DNA from: Bacteroidota bacterium
GTDB taxonomy: Bacteria; Bacteroidota; Bacteroidia; Bacteroidales; GCA-2748055
Direction: 5' to 3'
Assembly: GCA_020047715.1 (NCBI GenBank)
Contig: JAIFNN010000069.1
Location: 1 to 48,003, forward strand
Length of the DNA: 48,003 nucleotides
The translations under genes and the position numbers were made by a program. The notes beneath the pieces were generated by a model. The model worked only from the letters and a program-made list of their open reading frames with translations, searched no databases and was not told where the DNA came from. Below are positions 9,440 to 19,172 of this stretch, in pieces. Every line of letters starts with the position of its first letter. Positions within the stretch are counted from its first letter, which is position 1.

Positions 9440-10003
9440 TTACTCCCTGATAATTTTAAAAAGCCCGCCTTCGCCCAGTTTTATTATAGACGAAGGTGGG
9501 TTTTTTACCGTGTCGTCCTGCCTCCACTCAACAACATAATCCACCGAAGCCTTGATCTCTTCGCTGATCTCCGAAAATACCGATGGGGTTTTCTCCCCCG
9601 AGATATTAGCGGAGGATGATACCAATGGTTTTCCGAGTTTTTTTATTAACTCCCCACAGAACTCGTCGCTGGAAATGCGAATCCCGATGCTGCCATCCTC
9701 GGCAATCAGGTTCTTTGCAAGATTCCTGGCGCCGGGATAAATGATGGTTATTGGACGCACTGCAGCGTCGATAATCTCCCAGGCGATTTCGGGTACCTCC
9801 CTAACATAAGATTCGATTCGACCATTGTGGTCCACAAGTACCAGCATGCTTTTGCTGTCTTCCCGCTTTTTAATGGCGTAAATACGCGCAACGGCCTCGG
9901 CGTTGGTGGCGTCGCAGCCCAAGCCCCAAACGGTGTCGGTTGGGTAAAGTATCACTCCTCCTTTTTTTAGGACTTCAAGGGCTTTTGTAATATCCTCATT
10001 CAT
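9440..10003 (-). CDS. tsaC: L-threonylcarbamoyladenylate synthase (YrdC/Sua5)
   Basis: GGVILYPTDTVWGLGCDA, KKR, SSSANISG. Confidence 0.93.
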   Translation of the reverse strand: MNEDITKALEVLKKGGVILYPTDTVWGLGCDATNAEAVARIYAIKKREDSKSMLVLVDHNGRIESYVREVPEIAWEIIDAAVRPITIIYPGARNLAKNLIAEDGSIGIRISSDEFCGELIKKLGKPLVSSSANISGEKTPSVFSEISEEIKASVDYVVEWRQDDTVKNPPSSIIKLGEGGLFKIIRE

Positions 10004-11120
10004 TTGTCAAGATTTTTTTGTAAAGCTTCATCATCTCTTTGGCTGTGCGGTCTTCCCGGAAATATGCCGCATGCTCCAGTCCCTCCGAAACCATACTGCT
10101 TTTCAAATCGGGATTACGGAGCACACGGTTTATCGATTCTGCAATTTCTTCAGTATTCATCGGATTCACGTATATCGATCCTCTTCCCCCGGTTTCCTCC
10201 ATGCAGCCGCCTGTGCCGGCTATCACCGGAATACCCGAATTCAGTGCCTCCAATATCGGGATCCCAAATCCCTCGAAAGAAGAGGGGTACAGAAAAAGTT
10301 CTGCCATCTGGTAAATGCCGGGAAGTTCTTCCTGCTCCAGGTTTTTAAGAAAATAGATTCCCTTCAGTTTATTCTGCTCAATATAGGTTTTGACTTTTTC
10401 ATAATAGGGGGTCTGTCGGCCTACAACAACCAAGGGAATCGTGATTTTAAACTCATGCATTGCTTTGACGAGTTGAAGCAGATTTTTTCTCTCTTCAATG
10501 GTTCCAACATAGAGCATGTATTCCCGGGGGAGTGAATGCTTGGTGCGAATGTGGTTTTTCGTATCCTGGCTTGCTTTTTCGTAGTAAAGGGGACTGCATC
10601 CCTGGTAAATGACATGGATTTTTTCAGGGGAGATATTCAAGAAATTTACAATGTCGGCTTTTGTCTGCTCACTGATGGCTACAACAGCATCGGCCATATT
10701 GCAGCTCTGCTGAAATTTGTTGCGGTATATAACCCTGTCGGCTCTTTTGTACAAATTCGGGTAACGAAGAAATATCAGGTCATGAATGGTTACAACCGAG
10801 CGCGCATTACTTTTCTTAATGTCCATCGGGAGCTCGTTTGAAAGTCCGTGGAAGATATGAATGTCTTGTTTTGCAATGCTTCTCCCCATATAGAAAGAGC
10901 GCCAAAGCGAGGGGAATTTTTTGAAGGGGAAAGTATTTGGATACCGGGTAGTGGAGTTTAACGGGGGAAATGCCTTGAAACTGGTTTTATCTTTTGGTGA
11001 AAAAAGAACATATTCGTTTTCCGGAAAAAGTTCGCATAGTTGTGAAATAAGAGTCCGGCTATAGTTCCCCAGCCCGCTGTGGTTGAAAAATGCTCTTTTT
11101 GCATCAAAGCCGATTCTCAT
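9996..11120 (-). CDS. Glycosyltransferase family 4
   Basis: MRIGFDAKRAF.N.SGLGNYSR, VVTIHDL, RKN, EGFGIPILEA. Confidence 0.93.
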   Translation of the reverse strand: MRIGFDAKRAFFNHSGLGNYSRTLISQLCELFPENEYVLFSPKDKTSFKAFPPLNSTTRYPNTFPFKKFPSLWRSFYMGRSIAKQDIHIFHGLSNELPMDIKKSNARSVVTIHDLIFLRYPNLYKRADRVIYRNKFQQSCNMADAVVAISEQTKADIVNFLNISPEKIHVIYQGCSPLYYEKASQDTKNHIRTKHSLPREYMLYVGTIEERKNLLQLVKAMHEFKITIPLVVVGRQTPYYEKVKTYIEQNKLKGIYFLKNLEQEELPGIYQMAELFLYPSSFEGFGIPILEALNSGIPVIAGTGGCMEETGGRGSIYVNPMNTEEIAESINRVLRNPDLKSSMVSEGLEHAAYFREDRTAKEMMKLYKKILTNE

Positions 11121-11130
11121 GTTATCCGGA

Positions 11131-11949
11131 TTATACAGCTACATTATATTCGCGCAGGGCTTGATTCAGTGATGTTTTCAAGTCGGTTGAAGGTTTTCGT
11201 GTGCCGATGATCAAAGCACAGGGCACCTGAAATGTCCCTGCAGGAAATTCGCGGGTGTATGAGCCGGGAATCACTACGGAACGCGGGGGCACAATACCTT
11301 TGTATTCGATGGGAGCGCTGCCGGTCACATCGATTACCTTGGTGGAGTTTGTAATTACAACATTGGCGCCCAAAACAGCTTCCGCACCGATCCTGGCACC
11401 TTCCACAACGATGCACCTCGAACCGATAAAGCAATTGTCTTCAATAATTACCGGAGCAGCCTGAACCGGTTCCAGAACGCCGCCGATCCCAACTCCCCCG
11501 CTAAGATGAACATTTTTGCCTATCTGCGCACAGCTTCCAACCGTTGCCCAGGTGTCGACCATGGTTCCCTCATCCACATAGGCTCCGATATTCACGTACG
11601 AAGGCATCATGATTACTCCTTTTGCCAGGTAAGCGCCGTAACGGGCAATGGCGTGAGGCACAACGCGCACACCAAGCTTTTCGTAATTTTTTTTAAGGGG
11701 GATTTTATCGTGGAATTCGAAGGGGGGACATTCGATGGTCTCCATTTTTCGTATCGGGAAATACATGATTACAGCTTTCTTTACCCATTGATGAACCGTC
11801 CATTCCCCGTCGATTTTTTCGGCAACCCGTATTTTCCCCTGGTCGAGCAAGGCTATGGTGTCTTCAATTACTTTTCTTACCGTGGGATTTGAGAGGCTGT
11901 CTCGGTTTTCCCAGGCTTCTTCAACAATTTTTGAAAAATCTTCGAACAT
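11131..11949 (-). CDS. dapD: Tetrahydrodipicolinate N-succinyltransferase
   Basis: MPSYVNIGAYVDEGTMVDTWATVGSCAQIGKNVHLSGGVGIGGVLEP. Confidence 0.97.
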   Translation of the reverse strand: MFEDFSKIVEEAWENRDSLSNPTVRKVIEDTIALLDQGKIRVAEKIDGEWTVHQWVKKAVIMYFPIRKMETIECPPFEFHDKIPLKKNYEKLGVRVVPHAIARYGAYLAKGVIMMPSYVNIGAYVDEGTMVDTWATVGSCAQIGKNVHLSGGVGIGGVLEPVQAAPVIIEDNCFIGSRCIVVEGARIGAEAVLGANVVITNSTKVIDVTGSAPIEYKGIVPPRSVVIPGSYTREFPAGTFQVPCALIIGTRKPSTDLKTSLNQALREYNVAV

Positions 11950-12036
11950 GGATATCGGGTTTTAGGGCCGTAAAGGTACAATGAAAAATGATTAGGAAAA
12001 ATTCAAAACTTATGAATAAATTGCGAAAAAAAATTC

Positions 12037-14088
12037 ATGGATTCATTGTTCGGTATTTCCTTGCCAATTCAGGATCCTGTAACAGTATTTTTACTGATAC
12101 TTGTTTTTTTTCTTTTCTCGCCCATTTTTGCCCGCAGGCTTAAAATGCCAGGGATTATAGGGCTTATATTATCCGGGATACTCCTTGGCCCCTTTGGTTT
12201 TAACTTGATTTCGCAAGATATTGGTATTACCATGTTCGGTACCGTAGGGCTCTTATACCTTATGTTCCTGACCGGTTTGGAGATTAACCTAATTGAACTG
12301 TCAAGGTTTCGTACCCATGGAATTGTATTTGGTATCCTTACTTTTCTTATCCCCTTGTTGTTGGGAATACTTATCATTTATTATCTTTTGGGCTTGCCTT
12401 TCAAAACAGCGCTTTTGTTTTCAAGCATTTTCTCAACCCATACTCTTATTTCCTACCCAATCATCAGCAGATATGGAATTACTCAGATAAAAATAGTTGG
12501 GATCACCATTGGGGGAACAATTATTACCGATACAGCTGTTTTGTTGCTATTAACGATTATTGCCTCATCAACTCATGGCGACGTTGGCTGGATGTTTTCT
12601 TTGAAGCTGATACTGTATTTCATCATACTAATCGGCTTCACGCTATTTCTGCTGCCAATTGCCGGAAGGTGGCTTTTGGCTCGTTTACAGGGTGAGAGCG
12701 GCTATCAGTTTACTGCCGTTATTATGATGGTTTTCTTTGCTGGTTTCCTTGCTAAAATGCTTGATATTGAACCGATTATCGGTGCGTTTTTTGCCGGATT
12801 AGCGTTGAATAAGCTTATTCCGCAGAAATCTCCATTGATGAACAGAATCGTGTTTATTGGAAATAATCTGTTTATCCCGTTCTTTCTGCTGAGCGTTGGC
12901 ATGCTGATCGATTTGTCGGCTCTGCTGGCTGGTCCGGCAGTCTTGCTGGTTGCTTTAATCATTATTGCCGCTGCCGTCTTCAGTAAGTATCTTGCCAGCT
13001 ACTTGATGCAACTGATTTTTGGATATTCTGTAATCGAGCGCAACCTCATGTTCGGCCTTAGCACCTCCCATGCGGCTGCCACAATTGCCGTAGTGCTTGT
13101 GGGATACCAACTTAAGCTCTTCGACTCTGACCTGATGAATGTGGCAATTTTACTGATCCTCGTCTCATGCCTTATAGGATCTGTGGTTACCGAAAAGGCC
13201 GCTCGTAAATTATCCCTACTCTACAAACAAGATGACAAACACGAGGATTATCAGCGGCCGGAGCGAATACTGGTTCCTCTTGCAAACCCCGGCACCCTCG
13301 ATTTTTTAATGAGTTTTGCTTTCACTGTGAAGAAATCCGGATCGCGCGAGCCAATTTATCCCCTTACGGTTCTTCAGGATGACGGAAGCGCTCCCCAGAA
13401 AATAATCCAGTTTAACAGGAGCCTCGAAAAGTATCAGATCGAAGCCGCCTCCACGGAGGAAGTTGTGAGCCCGATGGTGAGGATTGAAATTTCAGCAGTC
13501 GACGGCATTCTCCGGGCCATCAAGGAAAAAATGATCACCAAAATAATAATCGGCTGGAATGTAAAAGTTACTGCGAGCAATCTGATTCTGGGCTCGCTCC
13601 TCGAAAAGCTTATCGAAAAGGCCGATAAGATGCTGATGATCGTAAATGTCGATAAGCCCCTTGAAACCTTCAGGTCAATTAAAATATTCATTGCCCCTGA
13701 AGTGCACAACGAACCCGGCTTCGACGACTGCATCAATACGCTTGTTTCTTTTTCAGGGAGATTAAAAAAAGAGACATCGTTTTACTGTGAGGTGCAAACC
13801 GAAAACTACCTGGAGGCCCAAATCAAAAAGCAGCTTTTTGATAATCAGGGATACAGAATAGTTGACTTTAACGACTGGAGTAATTTCAACGATTATTCTA
13901 AGACACTTCAGGCCGATGAGCTTCTGGTTTTTGTGAATTCGCGACCTAAATCCTTTTCTTATAACGCTTCTCTCGATAACATCCCCAGGGTGCTCAGCCG
14001 TTTTTACAAGGATCACAGTTTCGTGCTCGTTTATCCTGAGGACCCTGTTCAGATTGTCGATTCGCTGAGCAGCAGGCTGGGTACCTGA
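12037..14088 (+). CDS. Cation:proton antiporter (CPA2/Kef type) with C-terminal USP-like domain
   Basis: About 12 TM segments, GLLYLMFLTGLEI, IITDT, IIGAFFAGL; RILVPLANP domain start. Confidence 0.9.
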   Translation: MDSLFGISLPIQDPVTVFLLILVFFLFSPIFARRLKMPGIIGLILSGILLGPFGFNLISQDIGITMFGTVGLLYLMFLTGLEINLIELSRFRTHGIVFGILTFLIPLLLGILIIYYLLGLPFKTALLFSSIFSTHTLISYPIISRYGITQIKIVGITIGGTIITDTAVLLLLTIIASSTHGDVGWMFSLKLILYFIILIGFTLFLLPIAGRWLLARLQGESGYQFTAVIMMVFFAGFLAKMLDIEPIIGAFFAGLALNKLIPQKSPLMNRIVFIGNNLFIPFFLLSVGMLIDLSALLAGPAVLLVALIIIAAAVFSKYLASYLMQLIFGYSVIERNLMFGLSTSHAAATIAVVLVGYQLKLFDSDLMNVAILLILVSCLIGSVVTEKAARKLSLLYKQDDKHEDYQRPERILVPLANPGTLDFLMSFAFTVKKSGSREPIYPLTVLQDDGSAPQKIIQFNRSLEKYQIEAASTEEVVSPMVRIEISAVDGILRAIKEKMITKIIIGWNVKVTASNLILGSLLEKLIEKADKMLMIVNVDKPLETFRSIKIFIAPEVHNEPGFDDCINTLVSFSGRLKKETSFYCEVQTENYLEAQIKKQLFDNQGYRIVDFNDWSNFNDYSKTLQADELLVFVNSRPKSFSYNASLDNIPRVLSRFYKDHSFVLVYPEDPVQIVDSLSSRLGT

Positions 14089-14124
14089 AGGATACAGCCG
14101 GATTTAGTTTTCAATATGGATTCC

Positions 14125-14949
14125 CTACTGTGCAAACAGCTTTCTAAGACTAAGAAAAAGTCGCATTAGCAGGTAAATGCACACCAGGCTGAATATTATG
14201 GTTGCCCCGCTTGGAATGTTGAGGAAGTAGGAAATAACCAGTCCGCAAAGCGATCCCGCAAAACCAATGAGAATTGAAAGGAATATTATCTTCTTGTAAT
14301 CTTTGGTTATGAGATTTGCGGCGTTTTGGGGAATGGTAAGCATCGACAGCAAAAGGATGATTCCAACCAGCTTAATGTTAAAAACAATTGTGAGCGATAC
14401 CAGCGCCATGAGGCTGTAATTGATAAATCCCACATGCAGGTTCAGGGATGAGGCATACTCCTGGTCGAAGGAGATATACTGAATCCTTCGGAAGAAAAAC
14501 GAAAAGAACAGGATTATAACAAGGGTTAGGGCAAACAGCATATAAAGATCGGAAGAGTTAACCGTAAGGATGCTCCCGAAAAGATAGGTCATCAGGTTAG
14601 GGGCGTATCCTGGGGTAAGGTAGATAAATATCACCCCAATGGCCATCCCGAGCGACCACACCATGGCAATTACCGAGTCGTTGCGGATGTTCCCCTTGCG
14701 GGTGAAATACTCGATTCCGAGACCGGAAAGGACCGAGAACATTGCCGCTCCCCAAACGGGGTTGAAGCCAAGAAAATACCCGATTCCAATTCCTCCAAAA
14801 GAGGTGTGGGTAATACCTCCGCTTATAAAAACGATTCGTCTGGAAACAACATAGGTGCCCGTTATACCACAGCTTATTGCCGCCAAAAGGGAAGCCAGAA
14901 TTGCATTGGTGAAATACTGGTAATGAATTAATTCGAAAATACCTTCCAT
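14125..14949 (-). CDS. znuB: Zn/Mn ABC transporter permease
   Basis: GTYVVSRRIVFISGGITHTSFGG, YLFGSIL, PSGATII. Confidence 0.9.
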   Translation of the reverse strand: MEGIFELIHYQYFTNAILASLLAAISCGITGTYVVSRRIVFISGGITHTSFGGIGIGYFLGFNPVWGAAMFSVLSGLGIEYFTRKGNIRNDSVIAMVWSLGMAIGVIFIYLTPGYAPNLMTYLFGSILTVNSSDLYMLFALTLVIILFFSFFFRRIQYISFDQEYASSLNLHVGFINYSLMALVSLTIVFNIKLVGIILLLSMLTIPQNAANLITKDYKKIIFLSILIGFAGSLCGLVISYFLNIPSGATIIFSLVCIYLLMRLFLSLRKLFAQ

Positions 14950-15713
14950 TATTTGGGTTTTATATGTTCCTGCAAAACTCTGTGGGGCACCGGTCCATGG
15001 GCAATTATATCGATCGGGCAGTTATATACATTCAATTCCTCGGCATTGATTTCGTTTGAAGGATGATAGTGGAGACTCCCGTTCACGCATGCAATGGTTT
15101 TGATATAGCTCGAAATGGTGCCGATATCATGCGAAACCAGCAGGATTGCAATATTTTTATTCAGTTCTTTCAGGGTCTCGTACAGCTCAAACTCTGCCCG
15201 GTTATCAACATAGGTGCTGGGCTCGTCGAGAATGAGCAGGCGGGGATTGGATATTACGGCCCTTGCCAGGAAAACCCGCTGCAGTTGTCCACCGGAAAGT
15301 TCGCCTACCGGGTTTTGGGAAATGCTGCCAAGACCTGATTTCTCAAGCAACTCGTCGGCTTTCTTTTTATCTGCGGATGAGAACCTGAAAATAAGCGGCT
15401 TTTGGGAGGTCAGGCCGGAAAGCACTACCTCCCTTACGGAAATGGGGAATTTCTTGTCGATTAGATTTTGCTGCGGAAGGTAACCGATGTATTTTTGGAA
15501 ATCATTTGGTTTTCCGGGAAAGTGATAAACAATTTTGCCATGTAAGGGTTTTATTACCCCCAAAACAGCTTTCATCAGCGTGGTTTTCCCCCCTCCGTTC
15601 GGGCCAATGATCCCAATAAAATCGGTATCGTGTACCTGGAAATTGATTTTCTTCAGAACGAGGTTATCGTCGTACCCGGCATCCAGATTTTTTATCTCAA
15701 GTATTTTGCTCAT
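14949..15713 (-). CDS. znuC: Zn/Mn ABC transporter ATPase
   Basis: GPNGGGKTT, LSGGQLQR, LDEP, VSHD; start taken at MSKILE (15713). Confidence 0.9.
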   Translation of the reverse strand: MSKILEIKNLDAGYDDNLVLKKINFQVHDTDFIGIIGPNGGGKTTLMKAVLGVIKPLHGKIVYHFPGKPNDFQKYIGYLPQQNLIDKKFPISVREVVLSGLTSQKPLIFRFSSADKKKADELLEKSGLGSISQNPVGELSGGQLQRVFLARAVISNPRLLILDEPSTYVDNRAEFELYETLKELNKNIAILLVSHDIGTISSYIKTIACVNGSLHYHPSNEINAEELNVYNCPIDIIAHGPVPHRVLQEHIKPK

Positions 15714-15863
15714 TCCTAGTATAAGTCGTTTATCGCATTTATTCTTCAAAACCTTAGTTCAACATCCCGAATGGAATCTTTTTTTGCCTTTTCTCAGACC
15801 TGCTCTTATTTTCGAAACAGCCCTGGACAAAGCATTTCGCTAATCCCCATGGGATCTGAAACA

Positions 15864-16745
15864 CTATTTATTTGCCAGCAGATGGTTAAGTATTTCAATC
15901 ATTTGTTCTTTCCATTGTTCGTCCATAGGGTCGATCGGGATTATCTCTGCATTGATTTCTTTTGCCAGTGAACGAGAGTTGTCGAGGCTGAACTGTTTCT
16001 GGACAAAAATGAATCCTATTTTTTTTTCTTTTGCCAGATCGATTATAGCCTTGATATGCGCGGGAGGGGGCTCTTTCCCTTCAAATTCAAGAACGATTTG
16101 TTCCATGCCATAATCCCTTGCCAGATAGGCGAGGGCCGGGTGATATATAATAAAACTCCGTCCTTTCAATTTGTCGGCGTTTAGGTTGTAAAGCGCCTGT
16201 ACACTATCAATCGTCATCATAAAGGAATTGTAGTTCGACCTGAAAACGGCTGAGTCTGAAGGATAGATTTTGTTCAGGGACTTCAGGATGTTTGTGGCGA
16301 TGATTTTTACATTCCCCGGCGACATCCATGTATGCGGGTCGATTCCTGTCTCATTTTCCTCTGAATGAATATGCCCGGCTTCTTCGTGGTGTTCGCATTC
16401 GCCTGCAATCAGGTCAATTCCTTCTGAAAGGTCGAAAAGCTGCATCTCCGGGTTTACTCCCCCGAAACGAGGCATCCAGGCTAGCTCAAAATCGAGATGG
16501 CCAATTTTAAGATAGGCCTGAGAATTCACTAAAAGATTCATTTGCCTTGCGGTAGGCTCATAGCTCGAATGCGAAGCCCCGGGCGGGATCATCACATTTA
16601 CCTTAATCCCCTCTCCGGCAATAGCCTCCACGAAGTATTTCTGGGGGAGTACACTAACCGAGACCGCCTTGGCGGGTTTGATTGGAGCGGGACTGTTGCA
16701 CGAAGATAATGTGAAAATAAGGGCGGGTATAAAAAAGATTCTCAT
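15864..16745 (-). CDS. znuA: Zn/Mn ABC transporter substrate-binding lipoprotein
   Basis: Lipobox LSS-C, PPGASHSSYEP, His-rich loop EHHEEAGHIH, DPHTWMSP, YHPAL. Confidence 0.9.
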   Translation of the reverse strand: MRIFFIPALIFTLSSCNSPAPIKPAKAVSVSVLPQKYFVEAIAGEGIKVNVMIPPGASHSSYEPTARQMNLLVNSQAYLKIGHLDFELAWMPRFGGVNPEMQLFDLSEGIDLIAGECEHHEEAGHIHSEENETGIDPHTWMSPGNVKIIATNILKSLNKIYPSDSAVFRSNYNSFMMTIDSVQALYNLNADKLKGRSFIIYHPALAYLARDYGMEQIVLEFEGKEPPPAHIKAIIDLAKEKKIGFIFVQKQFSLDNSRSLAKEINAEIIPIDPMDEQWKEQMIEILNHLLANK

Positions 16746-16758
16746 TGATTTTGGTTTT

Positions 16759-17115
16759 TTAAGAGTTATGACTGTTGCCATCATGATGATGACCGCTATG
16801 TTTAGCTTTATTCTTAAGGTTCGCTAAGGAGGTCCCTTTTTCGGGGACGGGATCAAAACCGTGTCCGCCCCAGGGATTGCAGCGGACAATCCGGTATATT
16901 CCAAGTATCAAACCTTTTATGGGTCCATGGACTTTTAGCGCCCCGATGGCATACTGGGAGCAGGAGGGGTTAAAACGGCACGAGTTGGGGAGCAGGGGGG
17001 ATATCGAAAGCTGATAGAATTTCACAAGCAGTATGAATATCCCGGTAAAAAACCAGGAAATCCCTTTGGAAAGAGGGTTTTCAAAAAGCAGGGAAATTAT
17101 TCTAGTCTTGTTCAT
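16759..17115 (-). CDS. yidD: Membrane protein insertion efficiency factor YidD with His-rich tail
   Basis: YQLSISP...[11 protein letters not shown]...[17 protein letters not shown]. Confidence 0.92.
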   Translation of the reverse strand: MNKTRIISLLFENPLSKGISWFFTGIFILLVKFYQLSISPLLPNSCRFNPSCSQYAIGALKVHGPIKGLILGIYRIVRCNPWGGHGFDPVPEKGTSLANLKNKAKHSGHHHDGNSHNS

Positions 17116-17518
17116 TTAGGCAGTTTTTGCATATTCCAAAAATGATGAACTGGTTCTCCAGTTTTGTGAAACCCTCAGGGAGTTTGTAATCATCTACCGA
17201 AAGCTCTTCCATGCAGAAAGTGGTGTTGCATCTTCTGCATTCAAAATGCACATGGTCGGATTTTTTCCCGTCTTTGTTTTTCCCACTTGCAAGTTTGTAC
17301 TTAACAGCCTCGGCTGATAATATCCGGTGGACAATCTTTTTTTCCACGAGGGAATTGAGGTTTCGGTATACGGTCGTCCGATTGCAACTCCCGTTCATCA
17401 GGTATTCCAACTCTTTTTCGCTGATAGCCTGTTTGCAGTTTGAAAGTATGCTCAACAATTCTATCCTGTGGGAGGTGAGGCTAAGTTTACTGCTCTTTAG
17501 TATCTCTTTGTGATCCAT
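17102..17518 (-). CDS. Fur-family metalloregulator (probable Zur)
   Basis: [26 protein letters not shown]; heads the znu operon; start at MDHKE (17518). Confidence 0.88.
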   Translation of the reverse strand: MDHKEILKSSKLSLTSHRIELLSILSNCKQAISEKELEYLMNGSCNRTTVYRNLNSLVEKKIVHRILSAEAVKYKLASGKNKDGKKSDHVHFECRRCNTTFCMEELSVDDYKLPEGFTKLENQFIIFGICKNCLNEQD

Positions 17519-17526
17519 GATGTAAT

Positions 17527-17550
17527 ATTTGCAACAGACTTGCAAATTTA
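17527..17550 (-). promoter_or_regulatory. Palindromic operator overlapping the -7 promoter element of the Fur/Zur operon
   Basis: ATTTGCAA-cagac-TTGCAAAT (17527-17547) overlaps TAAATTTG (minus strand, 17543-17550), 8 nt before the start codon. Confidence 0.7.
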
Positions 17551-17787
17551 AGCATTCCCGGAAATTATTTAGACGTTTTCTATCTGTTTTTTTAAAAAGA
17601 TATCTCCATCTTTGTGCTCGGAAAAACGATCGGGTAACAGATTCAAACATTAAAAGCAAATTCTCTTACAGATTGTTCAAAATAATGGCAAATGAAACCC
17701 ATATGATTGGTTGCAGCTCAAAAGCAACCCTATAATAAAAAATCAGCTGTGGTTCAGTTATACCATTAAAATCAAAATTATTATATA

Positions 17788-19047
17788 ATGAATAAAAAAG
17801 TAATATCAGAACCAATGAAAGAAGCAGTTGCAATTTTATGCGCAGGGGGACCTGCTCCGGGAATAAACACAGTTATAAGTTCCGTTACGAAGATATTTCT
17901 TCAGAATGGCTTTCAGGTATTAGGCTTGAATGGCGGGTACAAATCCCTTTTTTCGGCTGAGCCTGCATTCGATTATCTCGATTTTGAGTATGCCGACCAG
18001 ATTTACAGCAGGGGAGGGTCAGCGCTTAAGATGAGCCGTTACAAACCAAAGGATGACGAGTTCAAAGTGGATTTCTTCCGCAGGAACAACGTTAAAATTC
18101 TCGTTACCATTGGGGGAGACGATACCGCATCCACAGCGAACCGTTTGGCTAAATATCTGGCCAGCCAGAAAATGGATGTGGCGAATATTCATGTTCCAAA
18201 AACAATCGACAACGATCTTCCGCTACCCGAGGGAACGCCCACATTCGGATATCATTCAGCCAAGGAAGAAGGAGTGAGGCTTGCGTCCACCATTTATGAG
18301 GACGCCCGCACCAGCGGTAACTGGTTTGTGGTATCCGCCATGGGTCGCGAAGCCGGGCATCTTGCATTCGGGATCGGTACAGCATGCCACTACCCGATGA
18401 TTATCATTCCCGAGATGTTTGACAAAACGAAAATCACCTTTGAGAAAATCACCAATCTGGTAATTTCTTCGATGGTTAAAAGGCGTTTGTTGGGTATTGA
18501 TTATGGGGTTGCGATTATTTCAGAAGGCGTTTTCCATTTTATGAGCGACGAGGAGATTATTGCTACCGGTATCAACTTCACCTACGATGATCACGGTCAT
18601 CCGGAGCTTGGTAATGTAAGCAAGTCGCACATATTCAATATGTTGGTTCAGCAAAAGTTAAAGACCCTGCGAATAAATGTAAAGAGCCGTCCCAACGAGA
18701 TGGGGTACGAACTTCGCTGCTGCAGGCCCATTGCTTATGATTTGAATTATGCCACCCGCTTGGGACTCGGTGTTTATAAGCTGTTTAGAAAGGGAGTTAC
18801 GGGTTGTATGGTTACAATTGATCGTGCCGGCGAGATCACTCCGCTTTTTCTCAAGGATGTTGAAGACGAAAATGGCAAGGTAAAGCCCCGACTGGTAAAC
18901 ATCAACGCCGAAAAGGTTCAGTTGATCTATCGTAACAATCTTCACTTCATTACCCCTGCGGATTATCGGGGAGCAAAGAAATTTGTTCAGAATCCTGAGG
19001 AGTTTGATTTTTACAAGATTCTTAACTGGAACGAAACCGAAAGCTAG
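17788..19047 (+). CDS. pfkA: 6-phosphofructokinase (PfkA family, PPi-type signature)
   Basis: GGPAPGIN, GGDDT, PKTIDND, MGR, GYELR; start may be 17815. Confidence 0.92.
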   Translation: MNKKVISEPMKEAVAILCAGGPAPGINTVISSVTKIFLQNGFQVLGLNGGYKSLFSAEPAFDYLDFEYADQIYSRGGSALKMSRYKPKDDEFKVDFFRRNNVKILVTIGGDDTASTANRLAKYLASQKMDVANIHVPKTIDNDLPLPEGTPTFGYHSAKEEGVRLASTIYEDARTSGNWFVVSAMGREAGHLAFGIGTACHYPMIIIPEMFDKTKITFEKITNLVISSMVKRRLLGIDYGVAIISEGVFHFMSDEEIIATGINFTYDDHGHPELGNVSKSHIFNMLVQQKLKTLRINVKSRPNEMGYELRCCRPIAYDLNYATRLGLGVYKLFRKGVTGCMVTIDRAGEITPLFLKDVEDENGKVKPRLVNINAEKVQLIYRNNLHFITPADYRGAKKFVQNPEEFDFYKILNWNETES

Positions 19048-19055
19048 TTTTTCTT

Positions 19056-19086
19056 AAAGCCGCCTCAACCCGAGGCGGCTTTTTTA
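19056..19086 (+). terminator. Intrinsic terminator
   Basis: aaagccgcctc-aaccc-gaggcggcttt followed by T-run. Confidence 0.9.
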
Positions 19087-19172
19087 TGAATTGTTGTTTT
19101 GACTCTCGATTGCTTTTCTTCTCTTTTTATTGTATTTTTATGTCTCTCAACTGAAACATAAATCCAGAAATC

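Noticed and set aside
17607-17614. CATCTTTG upstream of pfk as a fifth island-type promoter
   Set aside because: Lacks the 21-bp-period TGTAA boxes 22 bp upstream
17519-17659. N-terminal extension of the Fur ORF in the track (similarly 238, 15749, 16784, 43681, 46757 starts)
   Set aside because: Extensions overlap promoters or neighbouring genes; downstream ATGs fit family N-termini better
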